A stretch of DNA of 64,000 nucleotides, taken from the NCBI RefSeq assembly GCF_011386835.1, contig NC_088801.1:47554001-47618000 (forward strand), read 5' to 3'. The notes below the pieces were generated by a model. That model saw nothing but the letters and a program-made list of their open reading frames with translations, made no database searches and was not told the origin of the DNA. This stretch comes from Chrysemys picta bellii (Eukaryota). This document shows, in pieces, positions 1-12,490 of this stretch; within the stretch, counting starts at the first letter, position 1, and every line of letters starts with the position of its first letter. Both the position numbers and the translations under genes were made by a program.

Positions 1-1658
1 GACTATTCAAATGTTTGTGGGAAATGAAAGTGGTCAAGTCAAAATTTGTTTTCAAATTTGAATGAATATTCATAGAGAACTTAACTATTCATTCAGCTCT
101 GCTGATGTCTGAAGTGAGGATACCTAAGCAACACGCTATTGTATATAAGCCTCTAGCATATGCTAAAGGCTCAATGTAGTTCATGAATTGTCTGTAGAGT
201 GTATATTGTATACATGTACACATGCCATTCTAAGCATTTGTTTTCTGTTGGTCTGAAATTGCCAGCATCCTAAAGATTAAATAAATATTCTGTGAAAGGG
301 AATAGGGACAATGCTATCTGTAAACATTCAAATTGGGATACTCATTTTCAAAGTATCACCATGCTATATAGCTGGTAAAATATACTTCAATTTAAAATAA
401 CTGAGAACGATTAGGACATAAGGCAAACAGGAAATACTTTTTCCAAGGAATAATAATTTGGCTTTTTGTTGAGTACCATATCTTGAAACTGGACTCTGTA
501 CTATCTGCATATCTCTCCTATCTTATTTAGAATCAATTTCAATTTAATCATTTATTTTTTAAAGTTTGCAAAAATGAAACAGTGTTCTTGGAATATTTTG
601 CATGTTATCAGACTCAGCTGAGAGGAAAAATAAAAGATATTTATCTCATGACAAGACATTTAAAAAAAGCTTTAAATTATATTGACTGAGGTTGTCTTGT
701 GAAATCACCTGATAGTTCTTCTTTGAAAGGTCTGTAGGAAGTATGCATTATCAAACTATTAAATTGAATAACTCATTAATAGTATGTGTGTCATGAATCA
801 TTAGGTGACGTGGGAAAGAAAATCTGATCATATTTAGAAAGGGATTAGATCATATTTATTTCTTCTGCCGGACCTGATTTTTTTTCCCCCCCTTCTGTCA
901 AGGTCTTGATACATTTCTAGTTTGTTTTTATACTAGAGGATATATAATTTTTTTTTTTTAGAACATATAGTGTAGGTGTATGTCATGCTTATTTCCTTTC
1001 CTTTCAGTGACTGCTGTTTCATAGCTGTTCACTCTTGATCTTCATCCCCATACTGTGTATTTCTTATATATTTGACTGTACACAAGGTAAGCTAAATCAT
1101 CTTAATGTGGGATATGGGAAAATAAAACGCTGAGCCATAGCACACTACTGTTTGCTGGGGAGTAGCTTCAGTAGTACCATGTAAATCATTAAAAAAAAAA
1201 AGACACTAACTCCATGTAGTGATCAAAAATAGAATTTCAAGATCAGTTCTTTGGTTCTTGGCTGATGGGTACTGGGGAGCAATGCAGAAGACTTTAGAAA
1301 TGGCAAGGGGGACGGAATAGTTAGCGATCTTTCTGATTGACACAGAATAGTGATCCTGCCATAGTCCATGAGCTACTAGTGTGTATGCCAGTTACTGGTT
1401 GGAAACTGGATCAGAAGCCCCTCGCGCAGCTGGACACAGTGTGTATATCCTGCACATTAACAAAGCTGAGCCTTAAATTCGTTTTCTTGTGTTCAAACTC
1501 AGCACCTCTACAGGTCAGCCTACAGGGAGCATCTCCACCTGGCTGAGTCATTTAGAGTTGTTGTTTTAGCTGGATGCCCCTCTTTCCACATCGCTTGGCC
1601 TCTTCCAGCTCTCCTCAGCCTCAAGCAGAGTAGACACAATGTGACATAGTGATATTAA

Positions 1659-1784
1659 GGGTGAAAGTTTCAAAAATACTCAGTGTTGAGCTAACTCTCT
1701 GCTAATGAAGCCAATGGGGAAATTTCCATTAACTTCAATGGGAGCAGTTAGTCCAATGCTGAATGCTTTTGAAAAATCCTACCC
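1659..1784. mobile_element. PIF/Harbinger-type palindromic MITE
   Basis: Imperfect TIRs GGGTGAAAGTTTCAAAAATACTCAG / CTGAATGCTTTTGAAAAATCCTACCC, a central CCATTAACTTCAATGG motif, and a TAA TSD at 1656-1658 and 1785-1787. Confidence 0.75.
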
Positions 1785-2482
1785 TAAATTTATATTTTCT
1801 TAAGAAGAAAAATCCTTATTTCCTCCAGAATGTTTTTACTGCCCAGCTGCATTTTAGTTTTGTATTGGAATGTTTCTAATTTAAACTTTCATTTACTAAG
1901 CATTAGGGACTTAGCCTTTCAGTGAATTTAAAGGATGTGATCCCATTAGAACTAGTGACAATAATCTGATTTTTTTTTTAAATTATGGTAAAGAAAAAGT
2001 CTATCATTCACACTAAGTAGAAATGCAGAGAAAATCAAAATGAAGTTTTATTTAAGTGCAAAAAATATCAGTGCAAGGAGTCTGACTAATACTGAGCACG
2101 TCAAAGTGATTAAAGTAATCATTGGAAGTTATTAGTAAAGTCAAAGCTACAAATAAGGTACTTTAATACTGATCTGACCTACTTCTTAAGTCTTACATTT
2201 TAAAAAAATCTAATACAGTGCAAGCTAGACAGGACTTTCCTGCCTATACTGTACATTAGCCTTTTTTAAACTTATCCCTCTTCCCAACACAACAGCACAA
2301 AGAAATAAGGCAATTAGAATACTCACCTACTGTTTCTACAATGCAAAGAGGATAGACACAATCTTATGTTCATATATAAAGCTGCTGGGTGTACTTGATA
2401 CAGTATAAGCAGTATTCTTTAGAATTAAAATAGAATGCTGAAAGAATTACAGATTCCATCTGGACACAAGGTGTGTGACATA

Positions 2483-5158
2483 TGATGTGATTGGAATAAC
2501 AGAGACTTGGTGGGATAACTCACATGACTGGAGTACTGTCATGGATGGATATAAACTGTTCAGGAAGGACAGGCAGGGCAGAAAAGGTGGGGGAGTTGCG
2601 TTGTATGTAAGAGAGGAGTATGACTGCTCAGAGCTCCGGTATGATACTGCAGAAAAACCTGTCTCTGGATAAAGTTGAGAAGTGGGAGCAACAAGGGTGA
2701 TGTCGTGGTTGGAGTCTGCTATAGACCACCAGACCAGGGGGATGAGGTGGACGAGGCTTTCTTCTGGCAACTAGCAGAAGTTGCTAGATCGCAGGCCCTG
2801 GTTCTCATGGGAGACTTTAATCACCCTGATATCTGCTGGGAGAGCAATACAGCGGTGCACAGGCAATCCAGGAAATTTTTGGAAAGCGTAGGGGACAATT
2901 TCCTGGTGCAAGTGCTGGAGGAACCAACTAGGGGCAAAGCTTTTCTTGACCTGCTGCTCACAAACAGGGAAGAACTAGTAGGGGAAGCAAAAGTGGATGG
3001 GAACCTGGGAGGCAGTGACCATGAGATGGTCGAGTTCAGGATCCTGACACAAGGAAGAAAGGAGAGCAGCAGAATATGGACCCTGGACTTCAGAAAAGCA
3101 GACTTTGACTCCCTCAGGGAACAGATGGGCAGGATCCCCTGGGAGAATAACATGAAGGGCAAAGGGGTCCAGGAGAGCTGGCTGTATTTTAAAGAATCCT
3201 TATTGAGGTTGCAGGAACAAACCATCCCGATGTGTAGAAAGAATAGTAAATATGGCAGGCGACCAGCTTGGCTAAACAGTGAAATCCTTGCTGATCTTAA
3301 ACGCAAAAAAGAGGCTTATAAGAAGTGGAAGATTGGACAAATGACCAGGGAGGAGTATAAAAATATTGCTCAGGCGTGCAGGAGTGAAATCAGGAAGGCC
3401 AAATCACACTTGGAGTTGCAGTTAGCAAGAGATGTTAAGAGTAACAAGAAGGGTTTCTTCAGGTATGTTAGCAACAAGAAGAAAATCAAGGAAAGTGTGG
3501 GCCCCTTACTGAATGAGGGAGGCAACCTAGTGACCGAGGATGTGGAAAAAGCTAATGTACTCAATGATTTTTTTGCCTCTGTCTTCACGCACAAGGTCAG
3601 CTCCCAGATTGCTGCACTGGGCAGTACAGCATGGGGAGAAGGTGACCAGCCCTCTGTGGAGAAAGAAGTGGTTCGGGACTATTTAGAAAAACTGGACGTG
3701 CACAAGTCCATGGGGCCGGATGCGCTGCATCCGAGGGTGCTAAAGGAGTTGGCGGGTGAGATTGCAGAGCCATTAGCCATTATTTTTGAAAACTCATGGC
3801 GATCGGGGGAGGTCCCAGATGACTGGAAAAAGGCTAATGTAGTGCCCATCTTTAAAAAAGGGAAGAAGGAGGATCCGGGGAACTACAGGCCAGTCAGCCT
3901 CACCTCAGTCCCTGGAAAAATTATGGAGCAGGTCCTCAAGGAATCAATTATGAAACATTTAGAGGAAAGGAAAGTGATCAGGAACAGTCAGCATGGATTC
4001 ACGAAGGGGAAGTCGTGCCTAACTAACCTAATTGCCTTCTATGATGAGATAACTGGCTCTGTGGATGAGGGGAAAGCAGTGGATGTGTTATTTCTTGACT
4101 TTAGCAAAGCTTTTGATACTGTCTCCCACAGTATTCTTGTCACCAAATTAAAGAAGTATGGGCTGGATGAATGGACTGTAAGGTGGATAGAAAGCTGGCT
4201 AGATCGTCGGGCTCAACGGGTAGTGATCAATGGCTCCATGTCTAGTTGGCAGCCGGTTTCAAGTGGAGTGCCCCAAGGGTCGGTCCTGGGGCCGGTTTTG
4301 TTTAATATCTTTATTAATGATCTGGAGGATGGTGTGGACTGCACTCTCAGCAAGTTTGCAGATGACACTAAACTAGGAGGCGTGGTAGATACACTAGAGG
4401 GTAGGGATCGGATACAGAGGGACCTAGACAAATTAGAGGATTGGGCAGAAAAAAACCTGATGAGGTTCAACAAGGACAAGTGCAGAGTCCTGCACTTAGG
4501 ACGGAAGAATCCCATGCACTGCTACAGACTAGGGACCGAATGGCTAGGTAGCAGTTCTGCTGAAAAGGACCTAGGGGTCACAGTGGACGAGAAGCTGGAT
4601 ATGAGTCAACAGTGTGCTCTTGTTGCCAAGAAGGCTAACGGCATTTTGGGCTGTATAAGTAGGGGCATTGCCAGCAGATCGAGGAACGTGATCGTTCCCC
4701 TTTATTCGACATTGGTGAGGCCTCATCTGGAATACTGCGTCCAGTTTTGGGCCCCACACTACAAGAAGGATGTGGAAAAATTGGAAAGAGTCCAGCGGAG
4801 GGCAACAAAAATGATTAGGGGTCTGGAGCACATGACTTATGAGGAGAGGCTGAGAGAACTGGGATTGTTTAGTCTCCATAAGAGAAGAATGAGGGGGGAT
4901 TTGATAGCAGCCTTCAACTACCTGAAGGGGGGTTCCAAAGAGGATGGAGCTCGGCTGTTCTCAGTGGTGGCAGATGACAGAACAAGGAGCAATGGTCTCA
5001 AGTTGCGGTGGGGGAGGTCCAGGTTGGATATCAGGAAAAACTATTTCACTAGGAGGGTGGTGAAACACTGGAATGCGTTACCTAGGGAGGTGGTGGAGTC
5101 TCCTTCCTTGGAGGTTTTTAAGGCCCGGCTTGACAAAGCCCTGGCTGGGATGATTTAG
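2483..5158 (+). pseudogene. CR1 ORF2 (APE endonuclease + reverse transcriptase) with one frameshift near 2661
   Basis: [25 protein letters not shown] and GSDH (endonuclease); [30 protein letters not shown] and SKFADDTKL (RT). An 827-codon stop-free frame (2675-5158) is preceded by a 65-codon frame in another phase. Confidence 0.95.
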
Positions 5159-5228
5159 CTGGGAATTGGTCCTGCTTTGAGCAGGGGGTTGGACTAGATG
5201 ACCTCTTGAGGTCCCTTCCAACTCTGAT

Positions 5229-5254
5229 ATTCTATGATTCTATGATTCTATGAT
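5229..5254 (+). repeat. CR1 3' octamer tail (ATTCTATG)3
   Basis: ATTCTATG x3 plus AT, read directly from the sequence. Confidence 0.95.
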
Positions 5255-5322
5255 CTCTTATTGGACCACTTCTGATGGTGAAAGACAAGCTTTCGAGCTA
5301 CACAGAGCTCTTCTCCAGATTC
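5255..5322 (-). mobile_element. Penelope-like element terminal fragment with a degenerate minimal hammerhead; host of the CR1 insertion (left part at ~2462-2480)
   Basis: The minus strand reads CTGGAGA-A-GAGCT-ctgtgt-AGCTC-GAA-AGCT-T-GTCT. A related copy lies at 33925-34035. Joining 2462-2486 to 5255 restores sequence homologous to that copy. Confidence 0.65.
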
Positions 5323-5406
5323 ATCCACACAGATATGTGTAAATCAGTATCACTCCATTGATATCAGTAGTGCTACACTGATTTCCACCTATGGAAGATC
5401 TGTCCC
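5320..5406. mobile_element. Degenerate palindromic Harbinger-type MITE
   Basis: GTGTAAATCAGT...ACTGATTTCCAC inverted arms around CCATTGATATCAGT. A similar copy lies at ~19440-19525. Confidence 0.5.
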
Positions 5407-6414
5407 ATGAAACTCAAATTGTTAACTCCATAAGTGTTTACCTATTTCCTTCCACATTTTTCTATCTTCTTCTGACAGTTAAAGGTCTACAGGATCCCAT
5501 GAAGTTATTTGAGCTATACCATTTTGGCTAACTCTATCAAAGGCATTTGATATAAAAACTGCCAATGATTTTACTTCTGTGTATATATTGTAATCTTTCC
5601 AGTCTATTAAAAATATACTCTATTTGAAAGGACAGAAAGAATGGGTCCAGTGAATATTTCTTTCTAGTTATAATGCCCAATAGCAATTGCTCCTCACTTT
5701 CAATTCGTGAACTGGGACCATTTCCTGTTTTAAGTCGGTGTGTGTGTGTGAGAGAGAGAGAATAGCTATAGAAACAGCTAGGGACATTCCGAAGTGTGGG
5801 AAACTTAATTTCAGTCACTTCAGCAGTGAAGAATAGGTTGTAATCTAGATACAGTCTGAGAATTTTATAATCAAGCTTTGGAAACAACAGGGTCAACAAG
5901 CAACACTTCAGCATATCATGCCAGACCTTGAAATTCAAAACGTTTAAATATTCAGTAGTTCACAGTACTATATTATATAAAAATATTCAGCTTTTTTTCT
6001 TGGCAAGCATTTTCAGACCAGATTTCTTTTCCATAACACACTGGACCAATGCTCTCCCATGTGGCTGAGCAGAGACATTTAGCACTTTTCTTTCCTCTTT
6101 TTAAAGTGTGTGTGTTTGTTTTTTGGGGGAGGGGGGGTAGATGGGTGGTAATTATATTCAGGTAGTTTCTTTAATGAAAAACAACTTGTTTTAGATTTTG
6201 ATCAGGAAAGAGTGACAATTTATAAGGTTTCTGAAGGGAATATTTTGATTTAGGAGATTGAAGAAAGCAATGTACAACATGCGATGATGTGGTGAAACTA
6301 AATCTTTGAACTACCCAAATTACAACCATAGTAATGCTATATAATTTTCACTTGTTTCAGGATTTCAAAGCATGATATAAATACTGAGAAAGTAACTTCA
6401 AAACTACTCCTGTG

Positions 6415-6832
6415 TAGAGCTGAGTGGGGAAATGGTTTTTATGTACTGCAAAAAATTCTGAGATATAGAAAAATTTTCCCATTCCAAATTTTGGGGAAAA
6501 CTCATTCTTGAACATTTTTCACTCTCTGAAAATCTGGAGAGGTGGGGGAATCTGTTTGGGCCAATCAGAATGTTTTGTTTAAATTCTGACTCTTTAAAAA
6601 AAAAATACTCTAGCTTAAATTTTAAATGCATTCATTTTAAATTAGAAAACCCGACTTTCATTTTGAAAATGTTTAAACAGAATGTTTCAATTTTGAAAGT
6701 TTTCAAAAATGTAGGTCATGAAACTTGTTGAAACTACCCCTTTTTGCAAAAAAAATTAGTGATCAAGAGATCCGTATTTTTCAGCCAAAAAAAAAAAAAT
6801 AGTCAAATTGTTGACCAGCAGTAGTCTTTTAG
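6415..6832. repeat. Old AT-rich non-autonomous DNA-element-like repeat with AGAGCTG...CCAGC ends
   Basis: Termini resemble those at ~95-100 and ~7372. The interior is made of TTTT/AAAA-rich motifs. No TSD is readable. Confidence 0.35.
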
Positions 6833-6911
6833 GTGACCAAAATCTTACTCCTAGTGAATTTGAGGAGAAAACGAATTGTGGAAGTGGGGTCCAGATACAT
6901 CAGTAATACAT

Positions 6912-6995
6912 ATTATCCTCATTTCACATAAGAAGACACTGAGATAGAGGGTTAAGTAACTTGCCCAAGGTTACATGGTAAATCAGTGGCTGAGC
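6912..6995 (-). mobile_element. CORE-SINE (MIR-like) fragment
   Basis: ...GGTTAAGTAACTTGCCCAAGGTTACA matches the MIR core in reverse. Confidence 0.65.
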
Positions 6996-9900
6996 TATAC
7001 ATAACTGGGTATACAATTTGCTCATTACCTTAGATAACTAAGATTTGAAGCTACTGTGGCTAAGCTCAGCATTCAATTCCTTAAGTAGAGATAAGGGATA
7101 ATAAGTAAAATTAACAGATTTTCAGTACTACCACTATAGAACCGAGCAGGGTCTAAAGCCAGTATGTCCTGCTCTGGTCACTAGTACACTCTGCCTCTAT
7201 AACTAGCTAAATCAAACAAAGCTATGGACAGTGGAAAACAGTAACACAGTAAGGACAAAACTGTATTTAAACTCAGGCCTAAATATTGTGACTGTAGCTA
7301 CAGAAGGGCCATGGTACTGTTATACACCATAACATTTCCAGTATTGGTTCTGTGGTAGGTATACTGTGAGTAGAGCTGGGCAGGAAATGCTTTACCAGTC
7401 CCAGGAAATTTTTGGTGATTTTTTTTTTCCCCATTCCTTACTGGGACAAAACCAAGATCTGTCAAAATGTTTCACTAAAAAAAGGAAGAGGACCATTCAG
7501 AGCAGGGACTCAAACTGAGGCTCCCCCATTCTAGGGGGAGTACCCTATGCACTTGGCTATTCTGGGGTCTAACTCTCCTTTTCAATCAGTTAGAACCATG
7601 AGTTCAGACAGAATTGTTATACATGCTGCAAACACTAAACCAAGATGCAGTAGCCCTTGATGTTTTCCCAAAAAAATGCTCATACACACCTAATAATGTA
7701 TTTACTGGGACTGGCAAAAAGAGAGCATGTAGATATCTGAGGTCTAGAATCTACATTAGTAATAGATGGAAAGTACTCTGTAAGTGAATTCCTTGGTGGC
7801 ATTCCAATAAGAAAGGCTGTAATTCTCTTCTTGTCCCTGAAGCAGGGATGCTGGAACAATTTATATAGTGGGGATGCTGAGAGCCATTGAACCAAACTGT
7901 AAATCCTGTGTATAATAAAAACAGCTTCAAGTCAGGGCATGCAGCAGCACCTCTAGTTCCAGCACCTATGGCCTAAGGGCTCCTTAAAGTCACCTGTCTT
8001 TTGGAGAGAGCCCATTTAGGTAGTTGGTTTCATAGGCCTGGGCTTGACTGCACTTTCAGAGGCTTGGGTGATGCCTGGTGGTTGTGTGGGGGATGGCTCT
8101 GTCTTTACTACACTGTTGTCTTTCTGTTTCAGTGGTCCTTGTCCTCTGCTTGCTAATCTGCCATTCACACAGAGAAAGAGAATTAGGCTACAATGGTTTC
8201 ACTCTCATCCTGTCCCGTTATCCTTTGGATATTTCATTCACTGTTGCTTGATATGAGGTTGTGAAAAGTTACACGTGGGGTGCCTCAGAACCTGTAGTTT
8301 GATCCTAGTTCTTCTATCCTGTCTGTGTTGGGGATCATCTTCAGAAGACATTGTCCCTGAACTACAGATCCTACCTTCTCAATGGCTGATAAAACCCTTC
8401 AAGTTCCTGTCTGGGACAGGCTGATGAATGCTTAAGGAGGTGAGTCTCAGAGTGCCACAGGGAATAAGGTTGTGAAGGAACCTTTGCACATGGACACAAA
8501 GTTTAGAATTTCCAAGTGTGTAACTGGGGCCAAGTTTTGTTCGTCTGCCACCATTCTTAGCAGATGTGAGCCAACAGACATGCTCCAGATCAGCTTAAGG
8601 AAGGGACCAACTGTTGAGCCAGCAGACTCATTACAAAATGTAACAAACAAATTGTAATGGTAAAATAAAAACAAGTGTATTAATTATGAAAAATGCCTGA
8701 ATATTATTCATCATGAAACCACTTTGCTTACTGTATTGGAAAATAAATAATTTATGACATTTTAGGTGCAAATTGATATCAGAAGAAAAATACCTCTTCT
8801 GCTGTTTTTCCCTCACCCCTCGGATGTGACTGTAATTACATCCACATTACATCTAAATGAGTGCATCATGATTAATGGCATTGCAATAAATGTTATATGA
8901 ATGAATAAAAGATTAATTTCCTATTGGAAACTGTTCCCTATTAAAGGGAAAGAACAATACAGGAATGTCTAGCCTCCAAAATATTTTTTTAGCCTAAAAA
9001 GATATTTGTAGTTTCTGTAAACATTTCCAGCCAAATGTAGTTCTCTAATTGTTTAGAAGAAACAAAACTACTTGTATGTAAATAATTTCACTAGGGTTAA
9101 CATGAACAGTTGTTATCAGAAAGTGACATTAAAGCAATACTCTTGTCCTTGAAAGAATTCGCACACATCCTGAGGTTTAGAGCCTTTATCATGCTATGAA
9201 CAATGACTGTCCAAATACTCTGGTGAAATGCAACTAACCTGCAAGAAGCTCTATGACCAATGACTGTGCATAGTGCTGCTCCAGGGATCCATAAATAATA
9301 TATTCTGTAAAGAATTAATTCTTCATTTGAGTCTGTTGGTGCTAAAGCTATGAGATACTTATTACATTATCTAAATCCTTTTAGAAATTTGCTACGAGAG
9401 GATACCAGCAATTAGAACCATCAGATCAGGCAAGAACTGAAAGCCATTGAGTTTGTATGAGCCTTAATCACTCCAAGCCTGTTTTTACATACAATTGCCA
9501 AGTTTGAGGTTATCTGAGAATTAAGTATTTTTTTTCCTCTCCACTTAGTGTGTAACTGTAAGCATATACTGGGCCAGATTGTAACCTTCCCATGTGGAAA
9601 AACTTCAGGAAAGGCATCTTTAAATCTTGAAGATATTACTTTAAATTGTCCTTTCCTTTCCCTTGCAGAAAAGCCATCCCTAAACCTGATGCATCCCCAG
9701 GGCCTGAGACCTGCAGTAGTTCTGGTCTCCATTGACAATCCCCCACCACCCAATGGAGTTGTGCTGCCAGAGTACAAGGACAAGTTACTAGGAACTTCCT
9801 GTGGCATCTCCTGGCGGTGGTGAGGGGAAGAAAATTAATGGAAAGACTAACACTATATTAACTTTTCTGTATAAGTTCTGTGGGCCAGAGGGGGGGCACT

Positions 9901-10939
9901 ATCTATATTCCTTCCCCACCACCATCCCTTCTCCAGACCTCCCTAACTCTACCCTATCCCACCACAGGTAACCCACATCACATGGAGAATTCCAGTGGTC
10001 AGAATTCCACCTGAATCACACTTACATGTGGAGAAGGGTGATCATACATGTAGAGGATCCATCTAGGCAAAGATCAAAGAGAGGCACAATCTGTGCCTTA
10101 GTGCTTCTGCCGAACTACATCAGCCTCAGATAGAAAGTAGTCTTTAGCCTGTCTGCACTTCCTGGGTTGCTGTTTCCATGTTGCATGGAAATTAATTCAA
10201 AAGGCAACAAGGCCTTCTCATTCTCTAGTAAGGACTTAGCTGCATTTTCTCTACTATTAGCTTGTTGTTTTGCCTTAATTAGAAATAAAGATACATTTCA
10301 CTGGAAGAAAGGGTTGCCTTTTGTATGGAGGGGTCAAACCAGAAACCCAAAGACAGAAAGGAAATGCTGTACCTTTTATGATCCTCCCACCATGGATATT
10401 TGCTAAGCTACTAACACTTTTTAAGTAGGTACACATGTTCCTCCCCAGACAATGAGTTGTCTTAATGATTTTGTTGTTGAAATGTCTTAAGTTTATAGCA
10501 TGAGGTAATTCCATTTCAGTCTCCAGAGAAATGGATTTATAGTAATGTGAGACAGAGAAAGTTAACTTGATTATCAAGGAGATCAAAAAGCTCCTTTACT
10601 ATCGCAGAAAAAAGTCACTGGCTGTTTGGGTAGGGCCTAGACCTGTAAAGCTGAGAGAAGCAGGAATTCCAGAGCAGATGCTAGGAATTCTAAAACTGGG
10701 TGTTAAATAATGAAACTGATAATTAATATTTTTTCTATAGTAGTTTTCCAAGTCTTCTGCTCCCATAAACCATATCCATACAGATAATTAAATAGTGCAG
10801 TTAATGAGAACATGGAAAATACAAGTATTTTCATTTTTAATACTTATCCTTGCCTTTTTTGCATGTTTTGTAAAATCTGTTTGAACCATAAAGGGAGATG
10901 CCTGAAATAATATAATACTTAACTCTTTTTTTGTATATT

Positions 10940-11140
10940 CTAAATGCAGTACAAACATTAACAAATTAATCCTCACAATACCTTTGTGAGTTAAACCAGA
11001 TAAATATCCTAATTTCACAGATGGGAAGCTGAGAAACCAATTTAGTGACATCTCCAAGGCTAACAGTGAGTTGATGTTAGAGCTGGGATTAGAATTCTGG
11101 AGATCTTGGCTCTGACTCCCATGATCATTCCATTACACCT
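10940..11140 (-). mobile_element. CORE-SINE (MIR-like)
   Basis: CCTCACAATACCTTTGTGAG...TTTCACAGATGGGAAGCTGAG...CCAAGG...GGGATTAGAATT follows the reversed MIR layout. Confidence 0.65.
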
Positions 11141-11919
11141 CTCTATGCCTATTTAGCTCACTCTAGATTTAAATTGTGAGTCTTATCTGTTTGTAGTGGA
11201 AGTATAGTATTTCTTCCTCGTATTCTTAAAAGAAAACGCAGTTACTCTTGAGCATCCTGGAGAAATACTCCTTAAGAAAAAAAGAGTAATGGGATTTTAG
11301 CTATTTATTGAACTCCAAAAGGTATTTGGTGAAAATCTGCAGGTACAGACAGGACTGAATGAAAATACCAAGAGGGCAATAAAATTCGAGAACTGGAAGA
11401 GATCTGCAATGGGTCATCTAGCCCATAGTCTTTCACTGGGTGTGACTACATTATTCCTCAATAGATGGATGTTGTGTGTAGCTGTAAAAGCTTCTAATCA
11501 AAGCAATTCCATAACCTCGCTGAGAAACCTATGGCAGTGCCTATCTGTTCCGAATATTCTTCCCCCCCCCCCTCCAAAAATACCTAACATTTTTTCCAAA
11601 GTGTTATATGTCTGTTACTTTTAGTCCACATGAACTAACAACTAACATTTAGATACCACCTTTCACTTCTAGAGCCCTATACATTTGTAAATATAGCCAC
11701 AATGTTGCTTCTCTTGTAGCCCCTGGCAAAGCTGCCAAAGAAAATACTTAAATGAAATTTTGGTATTGACTGCAATGAGACCAAGATTTGGCCTGTAGAG
11801 GCTACTACCTATACTACTGGAATAGAAATACTATGGAAAAAATAACCATTTTTTTTAGAAATATGTTTTAATTCCTAATTTAGCATTAATTTTAAAAATG
11901 CAGTAGCTTTTACAAGCTT

Positions 11920-12490
11920 CCAGGAATAGTTCTTTGCAGTGGCAAATCAGCCACTTAGTTTGCGCTGGTGAGGTAACTGAGTAGCTCATTGATTGAATAT
12001 TTTGTCACTTAATGGACTCCTGGAAAGTTTAGGGTCTGGGGCCTATGGTCAAAGGATGTAGTAGTATCTCCACAATATGTTCAGTTAAACCCAATTGCTC
12101 TTGTTCTAACTTATTTTGAGACTCATTTACAATTGCACCAAATGCGATATAAATCATTTTCACCATAATGTTATTTTTAAGCCATTTCATTTTTTGTGTT
12201 TTTAAATCCTTGTTTTTCTTCCTGCATTTGAATGACAAGACTCATTTATAGAAGGTATTAATAAAATGGCAGCATCTGGCTTCTTCCAGACTCTCTGAGC
12301 ATTTGTGCTGGCAGCATTTGAATTGCCTTAGAGCAGTCATTTGTTTAGGCTGCTGATGACTGCCCAGGCCACCACTGCAATCTGGATCCCAGGCTTCTTT
12401 TTTTAATTTAATATTTATTATGGATTTTAAAATTAAGTCACGCAGAATGCAAAAATAAATCCACTTTGAATCAATTGAGCATGAAATGGT
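11920..12490 (-). mobile_element. Possible very old LINE ORF2 linker fragment (clade uncertain)
   Basis: A long minus frame with one internal stop. KKEAWDPDC...TALRQFK...AFGAIVN...DLP-ELFL loosely resembles the endonuclease-RT linker of non-LTR elements. Confidence 0.3.

Larger units (their letters stand above)
2481..5254 (+). mobile_element. CR1 LINE, young, 5'-truncated (almost all of ORF2, 3'UTR and tail)
   Basis: Endonuclease and RT ORF followed by a CR1 3'UTR and (ATTCTATG)3 tail. TATGAT occurs at both junctions (2481-2486, 5249-5254). Confidence 0.97.

Noticed and set aside
2447-4879. Minus-strand ORFs over the CR1
   Set aside because: They are antisense shadows of ORF2.
8430-8462. 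CTGATGAA near a Penelope-like GTCTC..GTGCCACAG
   Set aside because: There is no helix II or GAAA, so no hammerhead fold can be built.
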